Shown here: one piece after another, positions 26,026-41,395 of the stretch | How the letters are laid out: every line of letters starts with the position of its first letter | Numbering within the stretch: the first letter of the stretch is position 1 | DNA from: Eledone cirrhosa | Taxonomy: Eukaryota | Length of the DNA: 64,000 nucleotides | NCBI GenBank assembly: GCA_964016885.1 | Contig: OZ024741.1 | Span: 300,018,001 to 300,082,000 of the forward strand | Direction of reading: 5' to 3' | Program-made: the position numbers and the translations under genes | The notes under the pieces: model-generated | What the model was told of the DNA's origin: nothing | Seen by the model: the letters and a program-made list of their open reading frames with translations, nothing else | The model's database searches: none

Positions 26026-27037
26026 TCAGTGAGGATCGTATTTCGGCTGGTAGAAAAAGCGAACCGAAACGCAAAATCGTAGAAATGCTGACAAGCGCTC
26101 CAATAGTTCAGAAAACTAGACCCGAATAATATGTTAAAACGACATACAAACTGAAAAGTGGTCAAGAAGGCATTAACCATCTAAGCCAAAAAACAAATCA
26201 AGTTAAACAAGTCAAACAAAATAAATGAGAAAAATAGACCAGGACCCAAGTGGAATTGATGGTAAAATCCAAATGCAGGGTTTCTATGACACGTAAATCA
26301 ATAATACTGTCTGCTTAAAACTATAAATTTTCAGCATAAAGATCGAACAAGGAATATCACGTTATCAACAGGTATTTTGCTCTGTAACCAACTTTGTGAG
26401 TGACACATGACTTTGTGAATGCACATGTGTAAGTCACAATGGGAAATTCCCCAGATTTTGGCAAGTCAATTCAGTATGTGTATATGATACAAAAAATTGC
26501 ATAGATAGCACAAATCGAATAAGCACTCAACCGAGTAGTTTTTAAAATAAACTTATGCAATTTATCTGTCAATACAATTATTAACAGGTTAATTGTAAGA
26601 CTCGGGAGATTAATACAAATATAAATTCAACGAGAATTGTATTTCGGCTGGTAAAAAAAACGAAACGAAATGCAAAACCATAGAAATGATGCCAAGCGCA
26701 CCAATAGTTAAGAAAACTAAACCCAAACAATATGTTGAAATGCCATACAAACTGAAAAGTTGTCAGGAAGGCATTAACCACCTAAGCCAAAAGAAAATAT
26801 CAAGCTAAACAGGTCAAACAAAATAAATGATAAAAACAAACCCGGACCCAAGTGGAATTAATGGTAAAATCCAAATGCAGGGTTTCTATGACACCTAAAT
26901 CAATAATACTGTCTGCTTAAAACTATAAACTTTCAGCATAAAGATCGAACAAGGAATATCACGTTATCAACAGGTATTTTTCTCTGTAACCAACTTTGTG
27001 TGTGTCACATAACTTTGTAAAAGCACATGTCTAAGTC

Positions 27038-27038
<1 letters not shown>
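26020..27038. repeat. Partial tandem duplication, ~600-bp period, between two (TA)n tracts
   Basis: 26020-~26437 is repeated at 26620-27038 (ataaattca..tatttcggctggta..cacatgt.taagtca). Confidence 0.9.
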
Positions 27039-27070
<32 letters not shown>

Positions 27071-27202
27071 TGTCCGTGCCTTAAATACACCGGTCACCGA
27101 CACACATACACACACTTAAAAACCATTTATATTTGGCAGAATACAGTAATGTTGTATTCGTTTCTTTGGAGTAACTGGTTATAATTTCATTCAACAACAC
27201 CA

Positions 27203-27321
<119 letters not shown>

Positions 27322-29212
27322 TTTTCCTCCTCTGTCTCCTTCTCTCTCTCTATGTCTCTTTTTCTATCTACTCTCTCACAACCACTATTTCTTTCTCTCT
27401 ATCCTTCTCTCTCTCTATTTATGTAGGTACTCAGAAAACCCCGGCAACCCGTGCACCTATTTACGCGAAACTTATTTTATTCCATATGTATTCGCATATC
27501 AGAGTCAAGTTCTTTTCAAAGTATTTTCCCATTATGCGCCCTTTTGTCTGCATTACATTACAGACAAGCAAACAAGCAATCACAGAATTTGAGCAGTATA
27601 TAGATATTTGCTTAGGTGAATAATCTTTTAACCGCATAACGATTATCTTACGTACCAGATGCAATTTATGGTCTCTCCTCCTTTACATGTTTTAAATCCT
27701 CGGAATAGTAAATAGCTTGTGGCATTCAAATCCCTTACATATCTTATATATTTATGCCTCAAGCTACAATAACGAAGATTCCTGTTCCAGTTGCTATACA
27801 ACTAAGCATGGAATTGCATTCTCTTTCTATTTTAAAACTAACTGCCATATGTTTATTTCCAGGCATTCAAATTGTGCAATGGGTTTGTGATGTACCTATA
27901 TTAGATAATGGCAGTGCAGTGGAATGACAAGCAATTCGCTGCCTAGTAGCCTTGCTTTGTATTACACACGTAGAAAGGCTGTTGGGCTGCTTCCATCCTG
28001 GGTAGTATTTATCTATCATTTGCTTAACCACTAAGAATTCTGGAGTTCGGCACATGTATTTAAAATCATTGCAATTAAGAGAATGGTAAAAATTAAATAT
28101 CCAAATGTATTTTTCTTTTAATAGATAAATACAGTAATATAATAGATGAATATATATTAGTTATAATATTTACACACTTCATTAATCTTGTCGACCAAAA
28201 GCGTAAACTAAGTAAAAACTCCGCGTTTTAGCAAGGGACTTGATGGTAGCTGTCTGGTGAACCTGGACCAATTATGACGTGAAAATGACTTTTGACCTAC
28301 ACACATCATTTTTATTTAAGTTCTCCCTATTTTCCTTACCTCATCTGGTGTGAGAATTTTGTAATTCTTCGGTCTCCTAGAATATAATACAAATAAAATG
28401 AAAAATAAAATTGAATTTACAGCTTACACCAATGTAGGTTTAAAAAACTACCTACTAAGCTGCATCTTAAATGGGAGTCTCTGTTGGTTTAATGGCATAA
28501 TCCCCAGTCCTAATATGAAAGGCAACGTGAGACGAAGAGTTCTGCTCGAGTTCCCAACGCATGGTGATATTTGTCAATGAGAATAATACACAACAAAGGA
28601 TTACATGGATGAGAAAACTGTTTAGCATGGTGAACATTCAAACGTAGTCTATGAAAAAAAACTCAGCAAACGGATAATTCGTTACCTAATTTTAGGGAGG
28701 TTTGGGCTAAAATTGGAAATAAGAAGAAAAGAAATGTGGCCAGATTTGTTTAATATAATGACTGTTTGGAGGAAATCAAAACATGAAGCAGGGAGGAAAG
28801 GTTTTAGAATTTACACACTGGGCGTTAGGTGGGTTACAGTGTCAACGACCATCTCGGAATTTGCCGCTGTATATTTGTGTATGTATGTGCTTTGGTGAGT
28901 ATATCTGGTGAGTGTAAGCTGCATGACTGTAGACACATAGCGTATGTGTGTGTGTGGGGGGGGGGGGGCGTAATTGTTTTTTATTCATGTATTTTGAGTA
29001 GGTAATATATGGGTGCAACATGTGTTTTGTTGGTGTTTATTCATGTATCTTGAGTATGAAATATAGGTTTCGTGTGTGTATGTATATTTTAGTATTTTTT
29101 GTTTGTATACGGGTTACGTGTATTACGGGAAATAGAGGTAATGCGAGGTGAATGAGAGTCAAAGGCACAAAGGAGGGAGTGATGGTCTGAGTGTGCAATA
29201 TTGTGCGTGTGT

Positions 29213-29289
<77 letters not shown>

Positions 29290-30906
29290 TGTGTGTGTGT
29301 GTGTGTGTGTGTGTTTGATTCTGTGTACACCACGTGTGTGTGTGTGTATGTACATTTATGTGGTAGGTTATGTAGTCTTTTATTGCGTGTCTGTTTACGT
29401 TGTTGTATATGTGTCAATGCGTTTTTTCAATTAACATATGTGTCTGCGCGTCTAAATGCGCAGCGGTTTAAATTAATTCTGTGATTAAAACCTTGGGTTG
29501 AATATTGCAAACCTTGCAAATAATTCCTTTCATGCTGGATTTGGGAGAGGAAAGAGTCGTTGTGTAAAGTGATGCTTAAAATGTAGAGTTGTTGGTGTAA
29601 AGTTAGCTAAGCACAATTGGGTCGGGGGGAGGGGGGGGGGCATATCTGCTATGGTGCTCTAGTATTTTACGAATATGAACTCAATTTTTAATTTAGCATC
29701 ATAATGCAATCAAAATAGAATTTCGATATTGCAAATATCATTTTAATGAATAAGAAACAAGAACAAATTGAAATAATTTAGAAAAAGTAATATGCACAAC
29801 ATATTGAATACATAATATTCATTTTTATATGACAACTCCTCGAGAGACGTTTCGTGTGAAAAAACAAACAATGGAAATTGACAGTTAATATCGTTTGTAA
29901 ATGCTTTTTCCTCCCCAGATAGTAAACTTAGACATAGTTTTCAATTGTTTCTACTATTGTGTTAGCCATTAATACAGGTTTGGAAGGTGGAAGTTAATAT
30001 ATAACTCTGGTATAGATAGGTGTGTGGTGTTTGACTGAAGCCGGGGTCTCTGAAGGCAATCTGATTTGGAAATTTATATTCATGCACTATTCTTTATTTG
30101 TAAGCCAGACTAAACACTATTTGAATATTCCAGTTTTGGAAATTTAACCTAATGTCTAGAGTTATTATTACTGTGATCATTCTAATTTTTCCGCAAATCC
30201 ATATCCTTTTATGAGATAATCTATTGTGTTTCAAACGCAGCCTGGTTCTTGATATAAACATTCATGGAAATGTATTTATTTTGTTATCATATTGTTTCAT
30301 TGCGAGGACATCATCAATTGACGTATAAGTTACTATCTGTAGAGAGAAAGAGATTGAAATAAATTGTATCCTCATTAAGAACAACAACAAAACATACGGC
30401 AAGTGTAAATAAGCCATGGCGATAGTATCCCATGAGGGGGTAAGTAACGTAATGCTTTTAATGATCAAAATCAGCATCTATCTTTATGATCAAATTGCCC
30501 TTATGTCTATTTCAATTGCTCTCTATTTTTAAAGGATCCTAACCATTTCATCCCTCTTAAGTCTCATTTTTGATTATATTTTTCTTAACATTTATTTACA
30601 TATTTACATACTTCCTTACGTATTTTATTTCATTTGGTGTCCAAATTTCTTGTAAACTCTATTCAATTCATGTGCCCTGCGTAACCATTAGATGAATGAA
30701 TGTCAATTGCATTTGCTTTTGAAAAAGCACATCACAAAAGATAGGGTTTTCTAAGCAGATTGTATGGAATTACATAACTACCATTGTTTAGTCTACACAT
30801 CGGTATTTGGCTCTCAGCAACGACCGTAAATCAATTTCTCACTCTTGACATATTTTACGTTCTCGAAATCGTAAATAGCTTCTTTTGTTAACCACGCATA
30901 TAAGCG

Positions 30907-30944
<38 letters not shown>

Positions 30945-33675
30945 CGTGTGAGCGGGCGCGTATGTGCATGTAATGATTAGTAAATTTTCATATACAAAAT
31001 GTAGCCGTCCAAGACTCTAAAAATAGTCAATCACTATAAATAATGATAGCAAAAAGATCGGGTAAAGTAATCGTGGTGATGAAAATATTGGCCTTTGTCC
31101 ACTATGATGCGTTTGATGCGTTCTAATTAGTGGAATTATTTTTCTTTTTTTTCAAGGTTTTAGTAATGGTATTTACTATGCTTGGAAAAAATTATCTTTT
31201 ATTGAAATTCATACACCTGGCAATGAGGAAAGCTCGTGACGTGAATTATTCTCGTTTACTCCTATTTATGCATATAATTATGAGAGGACACTCTCATGCT
31301 ATAATGCTCGCGGCTTCCCCAACAACGAAATACAGAAAGTAGTCTTAGATGTCGATATAAACTGTATTGTTTTGTTTCTTTTGTCACCTTGTCTTATGAA
31401 TCTAGCGGAAACCACCGAACTTGCTACCTCACGTGGTGTGGTAATGTGCTGTTAATATCGAAAATTAACATCGCTCAAAATTTGGCTAGATCACTCTATA
31501 TGAAGGAGGGATTGTTCCGAAGTATTTTGAAGATTTTGCTCCAGATTTTCAAGATGTTTCTATGCCATTGTCATTCATTTATTGGCATAATCATGCAAAC
31601 CTCAGTGATTTGCATCTATGTTAAACATGATACATATCTTAATACTATGAACTGTATAATATTCAAATAATGATATAAAAATGTTATATTTACTATTATA
31701 ATGTTCTTTATAGTTGGTGTACAACGAAGTTCATTACATGGCTATCAATAGATATGTAAAGGCTTGTTTTAGTCTGTTTCCTTTATTATTCGTTTGATAT
31801 GGATTCTTTAGAAAAAATCACTTTCTGCCATATTTAATTAGTGATTTCTGCAATATTTAATTAGTGATTATTCAAACGTTTTTGTTGATCACAATCGAGT
31901 TAAAATTTCGTAATCAATATATAGTGTTACAAATAAAGATTAAGCCGAATATAAAATTGTTAGTGCTAACATGTCATTTCTCATAGATTTGCTTTGAATT
32001 TATCCGTAAAATAAAAGTGGCGAAATAGAAATATGTTTCCTGTTGGATATTTCTAAACATGTATGAGAAAATATACCATAAATTAGTTAGACACCCGAAT
32101 TTAGCTGTCATAACGCATTACATTTAATAAGTCTGAACATTTTCCCCTGAGTATACATTGCATATGAAGTTAGAGTGGGGGTTTAAATATGGTGCACGAA
32201 GAATATCTTTCTCTTTGCTAATACATGTCAAGTAATATCTGAATGCAAATAAAACAATATTTTTGCATTAAATAATTTAAAGCATTCTGTAAACAAAAGA
32301 GTTAAACTATTTTCCGTTTGGACAACCAGGCACTCCAGATCCTTTAAAAGACACTGGCACTTAACCTACTATCATATGAAAAGAATAATATTACAGAAAT
32401 GATATATCCCAAGAATATTGTTAAAACATTATGCTTGAGAAGGAACGAAAAAGACGGTATTTACGGTTGAAACTCATGTAATCAAATGTTTTCACTATTA
32501 TCGCTGAATTATCGTTAGAAACCAACAACAATATTTTTCATGAATCTGATTCGAAAATATCATCTAGAATTTTCCTGGTTAACGACTTAGAGATGAGATC
32601 GTGTTTAGAAATAATTCAGTTCTTAAGAAACGGAAAAAACAAGAGTAAATAAAATGATTTTATATTGAAACTTTAGCTAATAAAAATCAAGATAACACAA
32701 AAAGCTTAATCTTTTATAATACTAATATGTACATTTAAATCCTGGAAAAACAGTATATTTTATGTTTGATAAAAAGAAAGTTTCAAAGTGTTGTGAAAGA
32801 AAATATATTGTCGCATCACTCTGAGAGCTAAATAGATTCATAGTCTTGTTTCTTCTGGTACACTGTCTAAGTAAAAATATTGCAAGATATATCTCCAAAC
32901 TATAACGTTCCGTTGATTTTGTTGTAGTTTAGTCTGAGGACAAATAGTGGTGTGATGAAGCTGCGTCGAATATGGACAACTTCATTTCGTATATTATATA
33001 GATCGGACTACAATATTTAATGACTTTGATAGCTAATTTTAGTAAGTTGACAGCACACACATGCATTCGTATTGGGAAATGTACTGCCAAAGAAAACAGT
33101 TGAAACACATCGAAGTACTCTCGTGCTACATCTGATTAATTAACAGATATTTCCCAAGGTTGTAAATCATATTCATTAGATTTGGTGTAATCTACTGACA
33201 TATGTGTTATTACCTAATGAAACATTTTATGAGAGGAATTGTTGAAAATGTTAGAGTCGTCAAAGAGCTTGTCTGTCATATATCATTTTACGGAAAAACG
33301 AAAGAATCAGATACATTTGACAAGGTAGGTTGTGTTTGGATTAAATGCAAGCACATATCTGTAAATTCATTAGTATTTGTACGGACAGAAATCTACCAAT
33401 GATCAATAAAGCCGTTGGGACTAAAACTTCGAAAACATTTTAGATTGTTTCTCCTAAAATATAGCGACACTGTTGTGGTAAACTATAAAATGATAAAATT
33501 GCAGCACGTTATGTTACGTGCTGTGAAATGTGTGGATAAAATTAAGCAAGCGAATTAAACAGATGAGAATTGTGAGACCTTAGTCTCTGTCTCTCCTTAG
33601 CTAATAATAATAATAGTATAATACCTAAATTCTGTTACTGCCACTAGTATATCCAAACATACCTTCAACTATGCG

Positions 33676-33751
<76 letters not shown>

Positions 33752-34366
33752 GACATATATATATATATATATATACATAATGGCGGTGCCCCAGCATGGT
33801 CTCATCCTCTAGACTGGAACATTTATAGAGTAATATAGTAATACAGAGATATATCTTCGATTAGATTCGTAAACCAATATTTATTTCATCTCCCATGTGA
33901 TGAACTTGTTTTTGACTCTATATTGAATGTGTTATTACGACTCTAGTTCGAGTTGCATATTTTTTTTGTTTGTTTGCAACTCTGTCATTGTCTCCTGGTT
34001 ACATAAGTATCCTGGTTACATAAGTATCCTGGTCATGAGCTTTGGCCAATAATCTTTTTTTTTATTTTCTGTCAACGTTTTCGCCTAAAATGGTCAGTTT
34101 TTGACTGACCTATTCTTTGGGTGTAGTCCATGTCACTACAATTCTAACAATGCTTTACTTATAAGGACAGCGCCTGGACTTGTATGAGACGTTTAAACAA
34201 ACTCTTCAATTGAAGATAGGTGAGCACCCGCACAAAGATGGGCTCCACCACCATGTTATGTCATGTCTGCAGTTATTGCATAATTGATGTGAATAATAAT
34301 TGCAGTTGGAAATATTATGAATATACTGTACCTTAGAAACAGCCGAGAGTCCGTGTTTTATAAGAT

Positions 34367-34402
<36 letters not shown>

Positions 34403-34422
34403 ACACACACACACACACACAT

Positions 34423-34481
<59 letters not shown>

Positions 34482-34602
34482 TGTATATATAGTGTATTTT
34501 GCAATACACTGTATGCTTAATCAAAAGCATGTTGAAGACCTTACGCTATTGTTTTAAAGTAGCGACATTGTCACTTACTTCAATTTTCAGCAAACAATGG
34601 GA

Positions 34603-34655
34603 GATAAACTGACAGAGCTCTGTTTCGTACTTGTTGGTACTTATCAAAGCTCACC
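34603..34655 (-). ncRNA. Type I HHR with U3-A8 core and palindromic stem III
   Basis: ggtgagct TTGATAA gtac-caacaa-gtac GAAA cagagctctg TC^ agtttatc. Stem I 8 bp (with G.U pairs), stem II 4 bp with G10.1-C11.1, triplet GUC. Confidence 0.85.
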
Positions 34656-34920
34656 ACTCCTCCTGTTTGCCGAAAATTATGAATGTTGGATTCTTATAGA
34701 ATTCCAGTAATAATCAGGAACTGATTATATAGAGCGGTTGCGGTACAGCAAACATTGACAATTAGAATTGGTGCTTTGAATTAGCGATATATATATGAAT
34801 GTATATATAGTGTATTTTGCAATAGACTGTATGCTTAATTAAAAACGTTTTGAAGAACTTACGCTATTGTTTTGAAGTGGCGACAGTGTAACTTACTTCA
34901 ATTTTCAGCAAACAAGGGGA

Positions 34921-34973
34921 GATAAGCTGACAGAGCTCTGTTTCGTACTTGTTGGAACTTATCAAAGTTCACC
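34921..34973 (-). ncRNA. Second tandem copy of the U3-A8 HHR
   Basis: ggtgaact TTGATAA gttc-caacaa-gtac GAAA cagagctctg TC^ agcttatc; one mismatch each in stems I and II. Confidence 0.8.
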
Positions 34974-35322
34974 ACTCCTCCTGTTTGTCGAAAATTATGA
35001 ATGTTGGATACAAGTACGAAACATAGCTCTGTCAGGTTATCTCCCCTTGTTTGCTGAAAAATGAAATAAGTGACACTGTCGCTACTTTAAAACAATAGCG
35101 TAAGGTCTTCAAAATTCTTTTAATTAAGCATACAGTGTATTGCAAAATACACTATATATACATTCATATATATATCGCTATTTCAGAGCCCCAATTCTAA
35201 TATATATATATATATATATATGTATTGAAATTTCCGTTGAAACAGAAAAGGTCATAGAAGTGAAGAGTGCTCTATGTAAGTATCAGAGCAAAATGTAATG
35301 TATAAAAATCAATACAATATAA

Positions 35323-35398
35323 TTACCTCATTACCAGAGGTTTCCCGAATGAGGCGAATACGAAAGAAACGTCTTCATTCGTTCGTCAGACGAGGCAA
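35323..35398 (-). ncRNA. Type I HHR with short stem III
   Basis: ttgcctcgt CTGACGA a-cgaatga...tcattcg-g GAAA cc-tct-gg TA^ atgaggtaa. Stem I 9 bp, stem II 7 bp, A.G mismatch at 10.1/11.1. Lies in a microsatellite-rich pLTR-like tract (~35225-36420). Confidence 0.8.
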
Positions 35399-36076
35399 TA
35401 TAAAACATGGAAAGTCTCATCAAGAAAAGCAAAAAAACAAAAAAGATATAGACAAATGAATTAGAATATGAAATATATAATAATCTTTCAAGAAATATAG
35501 TTAGGTGTATATGTATGTATATACGCTCACAGATGTGGATATATGTGTATGCACATATGTATACGTATAGTGAAAAAGTGTGCGTAAATATATAATTTAG
35601 GGCAAATGTATCTGTATGTCTGTAATCTACAGACAGAATAGATACATCATAAGAATATAAAGGCACGCGCATAAACACACCTACACACACGTACACTTAG
35701 ATGAGGAAGTAAAAGAGGTAAGGGAGTGTAATAATTAAAGGAAAGTATCAATCTCGATATATTTATAAAAATGGAACAATAATTTAGAAAAAAAAAATTA
35801 AAGAAAAGAAGACAAAAAAGGTACATACATACACACACACTTATATCTCACAAAAGAAACGCAAAAATATACATGTTTATATACACACGCACACTTACAC
35901 ATCCATACGTTCGATACGTACACACACACACACACACATACTTACACTCACGCATATTGACCTGTTTGCATGCACACGCATAAAAATGAGTAAGTAAAAA
36001 AGGGGGGAGAAGAAAAAAGGAACAAAACATAAAACCTAGATGTAAAAACACGGATATAAAGACACATACACATACG

Positions 36077-36131
<55 letters not shown>

Positions 36132-36534
36132 GCACGCGCGCGCACATACGTAGTCGCTCATGTACATATATAGAAAGTATACACACATTAAGGCGTTCAG
36201 CCACATTGATACAGGGTGTAAAAAACTTGTGGATAAGTAAGCACAAATATAAAATTGTAAGATTGGCTGCGCAAAAATAAAAAAATAAAAATGAAAATGA
36301 AAAATATATCTGGAGTGGAAAACACAAATAACGGTTATAAGTTACTGAAGGAAATAGGGAAGTAAAACATGTAAAGTGAAAATATTAGGTAAGTGAATTG
36401 GAGAAAAAAAAGGGGGTGGTATTGTAACTAATCATACTCAACTCCTACTATGGACTGACTTCGCTTACGCTTGTATATTTCTATCAATCTTATAGCACAG
36501 TGAATATACATATCTCTATATATATATACATATG

Positions 36535-36672
36535 AGTCCAGAATTAGCCGTCGAAACGGCTTGAGCTCAGCCGTCGGGGTCCTACTCGTTCCTATTACCA
36601 CTCTACTACACTAAGTATTGTGTACTTTGGTGCGTTATGGTCCACCTGGTTCCTTACCACATTTCCTTCGTT
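36535..36672 (+). mobile_element. Truncated copy of the 25776-25987 family (3' half-HHR)
   Basis: agtccagaattagccgtc GAAAC ggcttgagctcagcc GTC ggggtcc...tggtccacctggttc.ttaccac; follows (TA)n. Confidence 0.8.
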
Positions 36673-36743
36673 ATATATGTGTGTGTGTGTGTGTGGGGTG
36701 GGGTGGGGGTGGGGGTGGGGTGGGGGTATATGTGTGTGTATGT

Positions 36744-36823
<80 letters not shown>

Positions 36824-36944
36824 ATGCGTGCGTGCGTGTGTGTGTGCGTGTGTTTTCTTAGGTGCATACGTTGCCTGTCTTGCCTCGGCCATTATAGCTT
36901 TCCATCACAATACTCCATTTAACCGTAGTGTTTGTGATGGCATT

Positions 36945-37122
36945 GTGGCGGATTGGCAGTATCGACAGCGGGTCGCAAAGAGTTACGGCCCTTTATGGTA
37001 TGAGTTCAAATCCCGCCGAGGTTAACTTTGCCTTTCCTTTTTACGGGGTCGATGAAATAAAGCACCAGTAATACACTGGGATAATTGCTGTCCTTGTGCC
37101 AAAAGTAGAAACAATTATTATT
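36945..37122 (+). mobile_element. tRNA-derived SINE (family A)
   Basis: A-box-like tggcggattgg, B box gagttcaaatcc, family core and (ATT)n tail. Confidence 0.9.
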
Positions 37123-37986
37123 CAATTGCTACATGTGTTAAGACAAAGTCGTTGAATTTTGTAATTGCGTATATTTGAACGTATTCAGGTGAGATTCATG
37201 GGATTTTAAGGCGTTTTATGTCAGTCCGATTAATATTTTCCCCTGTAATTCACCCCCAATAATTGATATATTTCCATGTATATACTCAACACCTTTATCC
37301 TATTCATCACCATCATCATTATCATCATCATCATCAGCATTGCACATATGATGTCCGCACCGTCTACATTTTACTTCGTGTTTTCTTCACATTACTCTTT
37401 TAACAAATCCATTCTTTCCTTCTGACACACATATTGTAAACATCTATCCACGCCATTCACCCATGCGTCTTTTCTTATTAAAAATGTCTATAGCATTGAA
37501 AATTTTGCATTTTCTAATCATCTCACGTCAGTGCGTAGGTGAAACTCCAGAGTAACATGTCTGCACACTTTGCCATATTAGATGAATACAATCTATATCG
37601 GTTTTGAATCCCGATTACATGTACAAAGCTTGCAGCCAAAATGAATATTGCATGTGTGAAGTTATACATCTTTGAATTTATATTTGAAAGACCACTATTA
37701 TTCCAAAAGATTATTTTCATTTTAAATGATTATACACATAATAACTAAGTCCAGTTCGCCTTATCCTTATTCAATAAGTGTTATTAGTTTAAATGCCTCT
37801 TTTTTTAGAATATTTTGAGTGATTTGTTAAATATAATAATTTGCTATTAAATGTGCATTCCTATAGACTTAAATGTCTTAAACATTTGAAACTAGTAAGT
37901 CACTTCATTGCAATAATTCATACATATATTTTTCAAAACTAACTTTTGAAATGGCAGGAGCTCAACATTCGAGGTCCCGACTCTTT

Positions 37987-38900
<914 letters not shown>

Positions 38901-39089
38901 AGGGAGGGAGAATTTCTATTCAAACGCAACATTCTAGTCATACAGCAAATCATGACGTCTTTCCATGTCACTTTTGAAAATCATATAAAATGATGAAAAA
39001 GTGGTTTATTGTAAATAAATCATCCTCACATCTCCAAGGTGCATTTCCAACTATGTTCTTTTTCTTTTCCTTATGCATATATATGCATG

Positions 39090-39400
39090 AAGGCACGTGG
39101 TTTAGTAGTTAGAGCGATGGATTTGCAATCGGGAAGTTTTGAATTTGATGCTCAGACCGGGTGGTGCGTTGTGGCCTTGAGCAAGACACTTTGTTTCATG
39201 TTGTTCTAATTTTCTCAGCTATAGAATGAGTTGTAACATAACTGAAAACATTGGTGTCCTTAGACAAGATCGTTGGCGTGGAACAAGGTCACTGGTAATA
39301 CTGCTGGTCGTCCATACACAAGCTTGCCCAGACTTTCGCCTCGGAGGGAAACTTTCTCTGAACAAATCCTATAGTCATTCTCGAAAAAGGGTGTTTTTAC
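39090..39400 (+). mobile_element. Decayed tRNA-derived SINE (second family, CORE-like)
   Basis: ggcacgtggtttagtagttagagc head, degenerate B box, then gttgtggccttgagcaagacact. Confidence 0.6.
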
Positions 39401-39529
39401 TATTTTTTCTTTGTCACCGCTAGAACAACATGATGGCGATGCTCATCTAAAAACATAGCGTAATGAGGTTGTTTGCCTTCAAATAAATCGAATATTATTA
39501 TTATTCGATATAAAACTGATTGCATTCAC

Positions 39530-39567
<38 letters not shown>

Positions 39568-40690
39568 AATGGTGAGCTGTGTTGTTGCAAATATGATATA
39601 TATAATAAAATGAAGAATTAGAAATAGAAGCCAGGACTATCCATCATCAGTGGTCTACTAGCCATCATAGGTATTTCTTGACATAGAGAGAGAAGGAGAG
39701 TAAGAGAGCGAGAGAAGAAGAGAGATATGCGTAGGTGGAGAGAGTATGAAAGAAGGGGGTTTGATTGGTAGATACAGAGAGATGTATTAGGAGCGAGAGG
39801 CAGACAGAATACGATTGGTTTAACACTAATATTGTATATACAATATGTGTTTATATATATATATATTCATCAGTTATATCCTGTTTTTCGTTGGTTGGAT
39901 GATTTTTGAAAATTTGCCTCTTTTTAATGGGTCCCTGTAGTGTATAGAAAACACGCAGGATAAGGTACGTCGAGCGAATGTAATTAAGTTGGATTCCAAT
40001 ATTAAAGCCATCTTCATAACATATAATAAATGAGTAGCGTGAGCCATTTGACAACCGTCTCATAAATGTGATGCACTAGAAATTACACTTTGACAAAATG
40101 TGTACTTTGAAACATAAATTAAAGCTTGGGTACAATTGCATAATTAACTTTGTGTAATTTTTTCTGGCTAATGTTTGATAATGTCTGCAATTGCTTTTTC
40201 ATCTTAATCAATTATTCTACATGAAAGAAGCCGACAAAATATTCTGATTACTTTTAAATTCAGGTCAGACGTTTCGAGACTCACATACTTAAATGTGCAA
40301 CCGTGCACATGCACGCACACACGGGAATAACATACTATCATACATACAAAACACTAGTACTGGAAGAAACACATTCGCATGTGCTATAAGGAACTTACAC
40401 AGAGACACAGGCGGACATAATTCATTTGTATTAATTTTGTTTCAAATAAAGAATTCCGTTAATAGTTATTGTTTTTGTTATTTTAATTATTATTGCTATT
40501 CTTGTTTTTGTTGCTCTTGCTGATCTTATTGTTGTTACTGTTGTTGTTCCAATGCATGTAGTATATTTAGACATTTTTCAATCTTATAAGCATTTCTTTT
40601 ATTTTCAGTTAAATCTACGAATAAGGATGTTGGTTTTGTCACCCATTGCACTGAAGAAAAATATTAAATTAAACTAAATAAAATAGAGAA

Positions 40691-40882
40691 AATAATTGTT
40701 TCTAATTTTGGCATAATGTCAGCAATTAACCCAGTGCATTACTGGTGCTTTATTTTATCGACCCTGTAATTATTAAAGGCACATTTACCCTCCGTGGGAT
40801 TGGAACTCAGAACATAAAGGGTCATATCTCTATGCTGCAAATCATGGTGTCTGACGCCCTACAGTACTGCCAATCCACCGCC
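40691..40882 (-). mobile_element. SINE family A with a 14-bp target-site duplication
   Basis: Reverse-complement family sequence; aatagagaaaataa at 40682-40695 and 40888-40901. Confidence 0.88.
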
Positions 40883-41274
40883 ATTATAATAGAGAAAATA
40901 ACGTAAACAAAATTTCAATTCTAAAACATATAACAGAATTTTTAAAACGTAAGTTCTTTCTAACCACTTCTTCCTCGTGAATGTATTTCTACTCTATGAC
41001 TTCACCTATATACACAAGACAATAACAAATAACACCGTTTGTAAATGATTTGTTTATAACATAATCAATGGTTGAAAGGGGTTTGCTCGGTTTCGACGAT
41101 GGCCTGTTTCACCAACAGAACACATTGTTCTTAAAATCAACATATACGTGGGCGACAATTTCGCAGACACGTATTTTAACGCAAATATTAAGAAGATTCA
41201 GCGTGATACAGCTTGTGTAAAAAGTCGGGGCATTTGAAATACAGTGACTGTCCATCGGTCAACCGACATATACG

Positions 41275-41395
41275 CATAATGCTTGGGTCGACCCGTGGCT
41301 ATGTTAAAGCTGACTTACCCGAGATACCATGCAGTGAGATCCGGTCCGGGGCTTAATTTTTGCAAACTGCTTTCTTTAACCATTTATCCAGGCTG
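41275..41395 (-). mobile_element. Highly decayed tRNA-derived SINE fragment
   Basis: Minus strand: cctggataaatggttaaag...tctcactgcatggtatctcgggtaagt...tagccacgggtcgaccca. Confidence 0.4.

Larger units (their letters stand above)
34470..35200 (-). mobile_element. ORF-less retrozyme-like element: 318-bp tandem units plus an inverted partial copy
   Basis: 34470-34690 is repeated at ~34788-35009, and 35010-35200 is the reverse complement of ~34761-34951. Each unit holds an HHR; both ends lie in (TA)n. Confidence 0.85.

Noticed and set aside
29465-29550. Possible decayed PLE C-terminus on the minus strand (also ~47990-48190)
   Set aside because: Resemblance is too weak and requires frameshifts.
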